A stretch of DNA of 45,171 nt from a virus (lineage: Duplodnaviria; Caudoviricetes): IMG/VR virus record IMGVR_UViG_3300022697_000044, positions 1 to 45,171 of that record; one strand, 5' to 3'. Below, piece by piece: positions 37,422-45,171 of this stretch. The translations under genes and the position numbers were made by a program. The stretch's first letter is position 1, and each line of letters begins with the position of its first letter. The notes under the pieces were generated by a model, which was given only the letters and a program-made list of their open reading frames with translations, did no database searches and was not told the origin of the DNA.

Positions 37422-38186
37422 TTACCATTCCTCCCCTGTCGGCGCGTCTATCTTATTCTCTTCCCCGAATACTACCTGATTATCATCCGCATTCCTTGTA
37501 TTGCGCAGTAAATTAGTAACTAGTGACCTAGTCTTATTATCTACACTAGCCAACCATTTAACACTATTATTACCTAAATCAAACGTAGCAATATACGTAT
37601 TTTTCTGGAACGCCACTACTACATCCTTATCTTCCGGTGCTACCAGTATAGTATTACCTTTAGTATATATTTTTACACCTTCATAATATATACCACCATT
37701 ACCATTACCACTACCACTACTATTATCTTCTATGGCCTTAGTGTTACTTATTATAGCTAAATCCTCAAACTCCTTCAATTGCCCCTTAATATAAGGATGC
37801 CACTGCAATGCCGCCAAGTAGTAGCAGTGGAACTCATGCGGTGTTACTCCTGTCCTTTCACTACAAAACATAGCATCAGTCGGCGAAGGATCAACATTAG
37901 CTAGTAACTTCTTATACTCTGGTATCATTACTAAATTTACCACCTCCTCAATACTATTCTTTCCTCCTGTTAGTTTCTGCTCAATAAACCTAACTCTATT
38001 ATCTATCCATATCTTCTCCCCTGTTCCTGCTAGCATCTTATTCAGCCTATCATGCTCCTCCCTACTGAATTTCCTATAAGGTAATCCCTCACAGCTTATA
38101 CTCCCTACATTATCTATTACTACCTCTGGCACTACCTCTGGCACTTCTAGCCTATTATTCATATCACTACTCATATCACTACTCAT
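37422..38186 (-). CDS. Hypothetical early protein
   Basis: 254 aa; AAGGAG RBS. Confidence 0.75.
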   Translation of the reverse strand: MSSDMSSDMNNRLEVPEVVPEVVIDNVGSISCEGLPYRKFSREEHDRLNKMLAGTGEKIWIDNRVRFIEQKLTGGKNSIEEVVNLVMIPEYKKLLANVDPSPTDAMFCSERTGVTPHEFHCYYLAALQWHPYIKGQLKEFEDLAIISNTKAIEDNSSGSGNGNGGIYYEGVKIYTKGNTILVAPEDKDVVVAFQKNTYIATFDLGNNSVKWLASVDNKTRSLVTNLLRNTRNADDNQVVFGEENKIDAPTGEEW

Positions 38187-38440
38187 TTGTCTATTACTCC
38201 TTTCACTACTAACTGCGTACTTAACGCTAACACTTCCCCTTCTACTATCTTTTCTATATGTGTCTTAATCTGATAGCTTAGTCCTGGCTTCCATCTATAC
38301 TTATCTTTACCCTCTGTAATCTTCATAACAGCTAACCCTTTATAATATACTACACAACTACCCGCCCTACCTCTTAAAACTACATAGTTATTATTATAGC
38401 TTAGTCTAATATCTTCTAAGCATCCTGTAATAGTATCCAT
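38183..38440 (-). CDS. Hypothetical early protein
   Basis: 85 aa; AAGGAG RBS; first gene of the minus arm. Confidence 0.7.
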   Translation of the reverse strand: MDTITGCLEDIRLSYNNNYVVLRGRAGSCVVYYKGLAVMKITEGKDKYRWKPGLSYQIKTHIEKIVEGEVLALSTQLVVKGVIDK

Positions 38441-38753
38441 GGTACTAACTCCTTATGGTTTAATATTTACACAGGGAAAAGATGAAGTTTTTTATTTTTC
38501 CTTTTCCAGTGATTATCTATAAGTCTATACGAAAGTAGGGTAAGGTACAACGATGATAGGTCTAATATATGGGATATTTAGGATATTGCACTAAGCAATT
38601 CCCTAACCTATATACTTGCAGTCTAATATTTGAAGTAACAATATACTAAGTCTATACACTTTATAATAGACTTACTCTAGCCCATTTTCGTATAGACTTC
38701 TAAAAAACTTTCAAAAGGCCAAAAACAAAAAACATTGAAAAACTTCTATATTC

Positions 38754-38832
38754 ATACTATTCTTATCCTATTACTATTCTTATCCTATCCTATCCTATCC
38801 TATCCTAGCCTATCCTAGCCTATTCTTATCCT
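38754..38832. repeat. (CCTAT)n-type pentanucleotide tandem repeat
   Basis: ...CTTAT CCTAT CCTAT CCTAT CCTAT CCTAG CCTAT CCTAG CCTAT..., with a repeated CTATTCTTATCCT. Confidence 0.9.
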
Positions 38833-39042
38833 GATTGTAGCATAGTATCCCGTCTGAGTAGCTACTAGATCCTACCTTATACCCCTAGTGTGTCATTATG
38901 CCGCATATTATGCCACATATTATGTCCCAGAATAGTACACATAGTGTCCTAGAATGGTACACCTACTCCCATAGTGTGATACTAGGTCACTGCTACCACA
39001 GTACCCTTGCCCCCATTATGGCCATAATTACAATACGGGAAC

Positions 39043-39085
39043 AAACTAACATTAACACCTTTTAATTATACGTTAATGTTAGTTT
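39043..39085. repeat. Perfect 14-bp inverted repeat with a 15-nt spacer
   Basis: AAACTAACATTAAC ... GTTAATGTTAGTTT. Confidence 0.9.
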
Positions 39086-39154
39086 AACCATCCCTTCGCT
39101 AGCCTACCCCTATGCCAAGGCATGCATAAATACACACATACAGGAGTAACACCC

Positions 39155-39412
39155 ATGATCGAACTTATATTAGAAAGCGAGTATCACCTTACGGACGCGT
39201 CCGTAGATATGAACGGTAACCTAGTACTATGCATTAATAGTACGGACTGCGTATCGGACGATTCTATCCGTGAACTCAAAGCCTCAATATCGACCTATAT
39301 GGCCGATTTGCGCCCAAACCACAGTATTACAAACGATGAATTAAGTACGAGTATGACGCTAGTATCCGAGCTGTTGTTCAGACAGGCCGTACTATCAGGT
39401 CTCTCAGCATGA
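39155..39412 (+). CDS. Hypothetical acidic protein
   Basis: Likely start ATG 39155 after AGGAG. Confidence 0.65.
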   Translation: MIELILESEYHLTDASVDMNGNLVLCINSTDCVSDDSIRELKASISTYMADLRPNHSITNDELSTSMTLVSELLFRQAVLSGLSA

Positions 39413-39642
39413 ATGCACTATATATTAAGTACATAGTGCTGTTTAGTAAAATGGGGTGCAGTAGTGCAGCATCATTGCTAGCCCGCCCCGCTTCTTATGG
39501 TAGCTATCCCCCTATCACTGCCCCTTTATTATCCAGCATACAGGATGAATTGGCTTATGTGGGCGCTCCCACATGGCTATTCAATAGCCTAGTGTGGCAT
39601 GTTGCAGAAATGTCCCAAAGCGGGACAATCTCCATCAAATAG
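39409..39642 (+). CDS. Hypothetical protein
   Basis: 77 aa, ATGA-coupled. Confidence 0.5.
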   Translation: MNALYIKYIVLFSKMGCSSAASLLARPASYGSYPPITAPLLSSIQDELAYVGAPTWLFNSLVWHVAEMSQSGTISIK

Positions 39643-39705
39643 GGTAATATACCTATGTCAGCGGATAGACCGAGTCCGCAAGTTATAAACAAAAATGGAG
39701 TTATC

Positions 39706-40299
39706 ATGACAGAAGCATCAGAAACACAGACCGTACCAAACGGCTATACAGCCGAAACCTTAGCCGCCAAGGCTAAGCAGCCGGACGGGACGACAAAAGA
39801 ATACTCATACACGGTGGCGAAGCCCACCACAGCAAAGCTAGCCGAATTGTTGACTGAAGGTGGCGATATTGCCGCCATGCTAACGGACGCATGCTTCAAT
39901 GGTGTGAAACAGGCTGCTAGAAACATGGCAGTCCGTGACTTGTTGGCAGGTATTACGCTCGTCATGCCCGATGACTTGCTACGAATCAGCTTGGACATGG
40001 CCGCAAATCGTGCCAATAATGGAGAAGCACTCGTTCTCCAACGTGAATTACAAGCCTTGGTTATAGAAGTAGCCAACGCTGCATCAATTAGCAGCGCGGG
40101 CATTACTAAGATCAGGAAGTTGATTAGTAGTGCGGCAGGATTAGCCCTAGCTGCTAACCCGTTAAAGGCCAAAGTGCAGAAGTTATTGGAAGCGACGGCT
40201 TCGAGTATGGATGATACCACGATCACCAGATTGTCAACCCCTCTGAATAATCTGTTGGAGGCTTGTACTCCAGCAAGTGAGGAGGACTTCGACTTTTAA
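39706..40299 (+). CDS. Hypothetical Ala/Leu-rich helical protein with an acidic-aromatic C-terminal tail
   Basis: Likely start ATG 39706 after GGAG; ends SEEDFDF. Confidence 0.75.
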   Translation: MTEASETQTVPNGYTAETLAAKAKQPDGTTKEYSYTVAKPTTAKLAELLTEGGDIAAMLTDACFNGVKQAARNMAVRDLLAGITLVMPDDLLRISLDMAANRANNGEALVLQRELQALVIEVANAASISSAGITKIRKLISSAAGLALAANPLKAKVQKLLEATASSMDDTTITRLSTPLNNLLEACTPASEEDFDF

Positions 40300-40313
40300 T
40301 CCAGGGTAACTTG

Positions 40314-40338
40314 CCCCGTATGTGATAAGCATACGGGG
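40314..40338 (+). terminator. Probable intrinsic terminator
   Basis: CCCCGTATG-7 nt-CATACGGGG, starting 15 nt after a stop codon; weak U-tract. Confidence 0.65.
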
Positions 40339-40385
40339 TGATTTACTACCTACTATTGATACTGATTCTCATTATCGTAGTCGCC

Positions 40386-40636
40386 CTCGCTTCGCTTCGG
40401 GAATAGATAGTGCTACGCACGCTTTAGAAGCATTACATTACAACCCATGGGCAGTAGGCAATAGTCACTCCGTTCCTATGTAATAGATAAGACATAACAA
40501 GCAGTAGGCAGTTCGCTAGCTCACAGTTATCACCATTACATATAACCCATAGGCGCAGGCAGTTCACTACGTTCACGGACATAGATAATAGCATAGGCAT
40601 TGTAACCATTAGATAAAGGTAGTCACTACTCGTTCC
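40386..40636 (-). repeat. Degenerate array (about 50-bp period) of GA/GNA mini-hairpin motifs
   Basis: Motifs at 40386, 40410, 40464, 40511, 40562 and 40622; shared flanks such as GCAGTAGGCA and CATTACAT..AACCCAT. Confidence 0.7.
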
Positions 40637-40781
40637 TTCCAGTCAAAACTATACAAGCAAGGGGGTAGCCACCCTTTTCACTTCTGGTTACACGCGGCAT
40701 TCAAGGGAGAACATAAAAAATTTCCGAAATTTTTCCAGATATAGGTTTGTAATCCTATTCTTGATGAGGTAATATACAGAC

Positions 40782-41312
40782 ATGGCATTAGCAGAATATA
40801 ATAGAGTAGGTAAGGATCTGAGTCCACAGCAGGAGCGGGTAGCCGATCTGCTGGCGGCGGGTTGTAGTCCTGCGCAGGTGTCCGGTGCTACCGGTTACAG
40901 TCTTAGTTATATTAGCGAATTGGGCAAGCTGGTCGGATTTAAGGAGGTCTTAGTTAAAAAGGCCAGTAAGAGGGTAGAAAGAGACGTTAAATTGCAGGAT
41001 GGCTATGATAGTGTGGAAGGCATGCTATTGATTGGTATTAAGGAAAGGGCGGCTACTGCAGATATGAGTGAGTTGAGTAGGGCGTTAGATGTAGTGGCGA
41101 AGAATAATCCCAAGAAGGGTAAGTTTGGAGGGAGTGCAGAGGGCAGTAATAGTGGTGGTGCGGTTAGTGTTACTATCAATTTGCCAGCCCATGTGCTACA
41201 GCCTCTTAATATCCAGACCAATAGTAGGAATGAAGTAATAGAAGTCGGTGGGAGAGCAATGGAACCCTTGACGGCGGCTGCAATTCAGAGTAGGCTTAAC
41301 GCATTACAATGA
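40782..41312 (+). CDS. terS: Probable terminase small subunit
   Basis: N-terminal HTH (QQERVADLLAAGCSPAQVSGATGYSLSYISEL); ATGA-coupled to TerL. Confidence 0.65.
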   Translation: MALAEYNRVGKDLSPQQERVADLLAAGCSPAQVSGATGYSLSYISELGKLVGFKEVLVKKASKRVERDVKLQDGYDSVEGMLLIGIKERAATADMSELSRALDVVAKNNPKKGKFGGSAEGSNSGGAVSVTINLPAHVLQPLNIQTNSRNEVIEVGGRAMEPLTAAAIQSRLNALQ

Positions 41313-42886
41313 TAGGAGGAACCCAAGATGCCAATAGCCAATTTAACACGGATTCAGATTCTAGCCCGCTCCTTAAAAAAGATGCAAGCCAGAAAGTAAC
41401 CCTCAATTCAACAGATATTAAAGTAAGGTGCAGATCGGATTTAGATTTCTTTAGTGCCTTGCTACTGGTAGGCATTCCCTTAGAAGCCTACCCACCATAT
41501 TACCATACGCTATGGCAGCTATTTACTACCTTAAAGATGGATACCAGCAAGGTGTTTAGATTTGCACTAGGGTTACCCCGAGGTCACGCCAAGACTACCT
41601 TCGTTAAGCTGCTAATATGCTGGCTAGTCCTATACCATCGTGCGCACTTTGTGTTGATGGTCTGCTCCACGGAGCCACATAGCTATAATATGATGGATGA
41701 TGTGGATTATATGCTTAGTGGTGCTACTGTACGTAAGATATGGGGCAGTTGGAAGGCAGGATTAGTAAGGGATACTAAAGGACTAAAGAGAGGTAAGTTC
41801 AATGGTGAAGAGGTAGTGCTGGCTGCATTGGGCGCTGGTACTAGTGTTCGTGGTTTGAATATCCTAAACACCCGCCCCGATGTTATCATTATGGATGATA
41901 TACAAACTAAGGAATGTGCTAAGAGTGAGGTAGAGAATCAGGCATTATTAGAGTGGCTTACAGGCACACTGCTTAAATGTAGGGATATGGATAGCGCATT
42001 ACTAATTTATATAGGCAATATGTATAATGAGGACTGCATACTTAACCAATTAAAGCTGCATACGCAGTGGCAAAGTTTCGTTATTGGTGCTATACTCGCC
42101 GACTGGACTACCCTATGGCCAGCCAAGTTCACACTAGAGCAACTACTGGATGAGTATAGGCACGATAATAGTTTGGGGTTAGGGGATGTATGGTTTAGTG
42201 AGGTGATGAATATCCCAGTCGGCGGTAGGCTGAGTCTGCTACCGGAGGGTAAAGTGCCATCCACCCCTATTATAGACGGGGAAGTACCGATAGGATGTTT
42301 TATTACTATTGATCCTAGTGGCTACCGGAAGGATAGTGACGATACCGTAATATCAGTCCATTGCATCTATGCACCAATGCATTATAGGGTGGAAGAAGTA
42401 GTAGCCAAGGTGATGACACCCGGAGTGTGTATTGATACGTCACTGCAGCTGGCGGAGGATTGGGGCGCTACTCATATATTCGTGGAGACCGTAGCCTATC
42501 AGCAGTCCCTAAAGTGGCATTTAGAGGAGGCGGTTAAGACTATGATTGGTAAGGGTAAGGACTTGATCATATTAGAGCTAAAGCCCGCACGCCGAAATAA
42601 GACTAGCCGCATCAGGACATGGATTAAGAGTCTATTGGACATTACCTACAGTCTAAGGAAGTCCGTTAGGAATGCTGTCATGTTCCAGGCGCTAGGATTC
42701 CGCATAGAACGTACGGATAATACAGATGATATACTAGATGCGTGTGCATATGGTATAGATGTAAGAAATGAATATCAGGACGTGTTGCTAGATGCTTATG
42801 CCCGGCTGTCAGATGACCTACTCCATAGTGGTGGTCTGGCGTCCGGGGGTGTAGTAGACAACAACAGTTTCCTAGATCATAGATAG
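41309..42886 (+). CDS. terL: Terminase large subunit
   Basis: Walker A LPRGHAKT, Walker B VIIMDD, motif III YIGN, nuclease ITIDPSG and DDILDA. Confidence 0.93.
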   Translation: MIGGTQDANSQFNTDSDSSPLLKKDASQKVTLNSTDIKVRCRSDLDFFSALLLVGIPLEAYPPYYHTLWQLFTTLKMDTSKVFRFALGLPRGHAKTTFVKLLICWLVLYHRAHFVLMVCSTEPHSYNMMDDVDYMLSGATVRKIWGSWKAGLVRDTKGLKRGKFNGEEVVLAALGAGTSVRGLNILNTRPDVIIMDDIQTKECAKSEVENQALLEWLTGTLLKCRDMDSALLIYIGNMYNEDCILNQLKLHTQWQSFVIGAILADWTTLWPAKFTLEQLLDEYRHDNSLGLGDVWFSEVMNIPVGGRLSLLPEGKVPSTPIIDGEVPIGCFITIDPSGYRKDSDDTVISVHCIYAPMHYRVEEVVAKVMTPGVCIDTSLQLAEDWGATHIFVETVAYQQSLKWHLEEAVKTMIGKGKDLIILELKPARRNKTSRIRTWIKSLLDITYSLRKSVRNAVMFQALGFRIERTDNTDDILDACAYGIDVRNEYQDVLLDAYARLSDDLLHSGGLASGGVVDNNSFLDHR

Positions 42887-42898
42887 AAGGGGATAATA

Positions 42899-44890
42899 AT
42901 GGCTAATGCCTTAGTTTTAAGTCAAAAATCACAGGATAGTCTGATCAAGTATTGTAGTTCAGTACTAGAGGCAAAGAGGAGATTCACGCAGTTCACAGCA
43001 AAGCTGACGGCGGTGGATGTAGCCTATGCCTGCTATAAGGCCAAATTAAGTAAGGATGCACAGCCTATAGATGGCGTGGATCTGCAGAAGTTAATCCCTA
43101 GTGATGATACCACCATACCCATCATAGCCAGTCAGGTGGACAGTGTAGTAGCTTACCTTGTGGACGTATTCTTGTCCGGCTATCCTATGTTTCCAGTTGT
43201 ATCGAATAGTAAGAATAAGCTACTCTCGGAGAAATTTGAGGCCATTGTAGACAATCACGCTACCAAGGGGCGATATGCTAGGCAGTTCCAGATGATATTC
43301 CGCGATGCGGCGAAGTATAATTTCTGTGCGTTAGAGGGTAGGTGGGATAGTATGGCGGAGTTCACTCGCGCCTTCGCCGACACGTTTAGCTCTTCTGGGG
43401 AGCCTACGCTGGACACAGAGCAGTTCCTAACACTAGCTAAACGCATAGATCCCTATAATGCCATCTGGGATTACCGTAAGATGCCAGCGGATGTGGCCGA
43501 GAAGGGTGAGTATGGCGGTTATGTCGAGTTAATGGGTAGAATAGAGTTAAAGAGGCTACTGAATAGATATAGTGCTAATAAGACGCATATGAATGTAACG
43601 ATGGCTATCAAGAATAAGGCAGGTATTAGTGGCAATGGGGATAAGTTTGCAGGTAGTACTAACATAGCAGCCGCCGGAAAGCCTATTACCTATGTGGATA
43701 AGCCTCAAATTAGCCAGTATATTGATAGTACGGCGTATGCCCAGGGCGGCACATGGCTGGAATGGCTAGAAGGCCAACAAGGGGCACAGGGCATCTACCC
43801 CGGGTATTCCAACATGTACGAAGTCGCTACACTATATGCTAGAATAATCCCCAAAGAGCACGGCATTAAAGCCCCTCGTGAGAATACTCCTCAGATTTGG
43901 AAGCTGCAAGTAGTAAATGAGCAAGTACTAATATACGCACAACCGGAGTATACGCCTCATGATAGGTTACCTATCCAGTTTGGCCAGAGCATCGAAGATG
44001 GTTTCGGTTATCAGACTCGTAGTATCGGAGAAGCACAAATACCATTCCAGATTGCAGGCTCTGATATGTACAATATTAGGATTAGTAGTGCTAAGCGTGC
44101 TATTAACGATCGTGGTATATATGACGCCACACTGATAGACAGTACAGATATTAACAGTCCTACGCCCGCAGCTAAGATTCCCGTCCGTAACCTTAAGATG
44201 GGTAAGACACTGAAGGATGCCTATATGCCTATTCCGTTCCAGGATGGTAGCACTACGGGCGCTATGCAGGACTTACAGCAGACTCTCAATATGGCTAATA
44301 TGATGTTCGGTATTAACCCCTTCCGCCAGGGGCAGCCCATGAAGGGTAACCGCACCCTAGGAGAGTTTAATAAGATTGATAATGGAGCGGATCTACGGTC
44401 TAGGATGATAGCCCTAATGATGGAGATGCAGATATTCATGCCTCTTAGGGATACCATCAAACTAAATATTATCACAAACAAGGATAAGATTACCGCTCTA
44501 AGTTTCAACACTGGTGAACTACATACTGTGCAGTCTAGTGATTTTATTGACACTGTGATAGAGTTCAAGATAGCCGATGGCTTTACGCCGAAGTCCAAGT
44601 TGGCGGATACACAGCAGCTACAGCTAGCCTTCCAGACCTTACAGCAAGTACCTGGGCTAGCCCAAGGCTATAACATGCCTGATCTATTCGCCCACCTGAT
44701 GAGTCTAATTGGTGTTAAGAACTTGGCACAGTATCAGTATGATCCTCAAAGTAAGCAGGCTATCATAGCCGCCGCCATGCCGTTCCTGAACGAAATGCTA
44801 CAGATGGCGCAAGCACAACAGGCACAGCCCGGTAAGGTTAGCCAGCAGGGTCAACAGCAGCAGCCAGCGCCGATAGTGCCGGGAAGATAG
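42899..44890 (+). CDS. Portal protein (podovirus type)
   Basis: 663 aa directly after TerL; KRIDPYN..WD, NRTLGE.., Q-rich C-terminal tail. Confidence 0.85.
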   Translation: MANALVLSQKSQDSLIKYCSSVLEAKRRFTQFTAKLTAVDVAYACYKAKLSKDAQPIDGVDLQKLIPSDDTTIPIIASQVDSVVAYLVDVFLSGYPMFPVVSNSKNKLLSEKFEAIVDNHATKGRYARQFQMIFRDAAKYNFCALEGRWDSMAEFTRAFADTFSSSGEPTLDTEQFLTLAKRIDPYNAIWDYRKMPADVAEKGEYGGYVELMGRIELKRLLNRYSANKTHMNVTMAIKNKAGISGNGDKFAGSTNIAAAGKPITYVDKPQISQYIDSTAYAQGGTWLEWLEGQQGAQGIYPGYSNMYEVATLYARIIPKEHGIKAPRENTPQIWKLQVVNEQVLIYAQPEYTPHDRLPIQFGQSIEDGFGYQTRSIGEAQIPFQIAGSDMYNIRISSAKRAINDRGIYDATLIDSTDINSPTPAAKIPVRNLKMGKTLKDAYMPIPFQDGSTTGAMQDLQQTLNMANMMFGINPFRQGQPMKGNRTLGEFNKIDNGADLRSRMIALMMEMQIFMPLRDTIKLNIITNKDKITALSFNTGELHTVQSSDFIDTVIEFKIADGFTPKSKLADTQQLQLAFQTLQQVPGLAQGYNMPDLFAHLMSLIGVKNLAQYQYDPQSKQAIIAAAMPFLNEMLQMAQAQQAQPGKVSQQGQQQQPAPIVPGR

Positions 44891-44892
44891 TA

Positions 44893-45171
44893 ATGGACGC
44901 CACCGAAGTACAGCGCATACTACAAGATAACAAGGCTAAGAATTTCGTACGCAGGATTATAGCTGCAGGTATTAGTCCCGTTATGAACAACGCCGATGGT
45001 ACTGTATCCTCTGAACTAATGTCTAGTGCTGAAGTCGACGGGAAGGGTATAGCCTATCCTAATATAGTACAGGGCAAGGATGGGAAGTTAGTTCGATTGG
45101 CACCCCGTGAAGCTATAGACTATGCCTTGAAGCATAAGCAATTTGTCAGCTTTAAGACTCCGAAGGAGGCT
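44893..45171 (+). CDS. 5' part of the 128-aa hypothetical protein continuing across the junction to position 160
   Basis: MDATEVQRILQDNKAKNFVRRII...YPNIVQGKDGKLVRL...; no stop before the window end. Confidence 0.8.
   Translation, partial: MDATEVQRILQDNKAKNFVRRIIAAGISPVMNNADGTVSSELMSSAEVDGKGIAYPNIVQGKDGKLVRLAPREAIDYALKHKQFVSFKTPKEA
45120..45171. repeat. Terminal 52-bp direct repeat (circular assembly overlap), right copy
   Basis: Identical to 1-52. Confidence 0.95.

Noticed and set aside
40420-40640. Mini-CRISPR array
   Set aside because: The repeats are short and degenerate, the intervening segments resemble each other, and there is no cas operon.
40782-41312. Repressor or lysogeny module based on the HTH
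   Set aside because: The gene is coupled to TerL, which fits TerS, and no integrase is recognisable.
1-45171. Stop-codon reassignment, suggested by abundant TAG/CTAG
   Set aside because: Standard-code ORFs tile the genome densely, and TAG ends several genes cleanly (lysozyme, TerL, portal).

Overview
The window is an apparently complete, circularly assembled dsDNA tailed phage genome of about 45.1 kb. Bases 1-52 equal 45120-45171, so the unit length is 45,119 bp, and one ORF reads through the junction. The layout is podovirus-like with two opposed arms. The plus arm encodes TerS, TerL, portal, scaffold, an SU10-type major capsid protein, adaptor, decoration/fibre proteins, a lysis cassette (GH24 lysozyme plus 3-TM holin), a 1747-aa nozzle-like tail protein and three probable ejection proteins. 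The minus arm encodes small early genes, a RecD/Dda-like helicase, a PD-(D/E)XK exonuclease + Sak4-like ATPase + SSB-like module, a family A DNA polymerase, a DUF3987-like ATPase and a dATP/dGTP diphosphohydrolase-like protein. I recognise no integrase, repressor, RNA polymerase, primase, DnaB, tRNA or CRISPR array, and sigma70-type promoters point to use of host RNA polymerase. Main observations: (1) a family of covarying tandem-GA/GNA-triloop ssDNA mini-hairpins resembling the ColE1 primosome assembly site, one at the tip of a 137-nt stem-loop on the plus strand and an array of about six on the minus strand, in a phage with no visible primase; (2) a mirror-symmetric pentapeptide (xxIPG/xxVPx) out-and-back stalk carrying a tip domain inside the nozzle protein; (3) a PolA with His at the 762-equivalent position and a degenerate UDG-like N-terminus; (4) a repeated 24-bp intergenic motif next to a 20-bp stem. 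All family assignments come from motif recognition by eye, not database searches.
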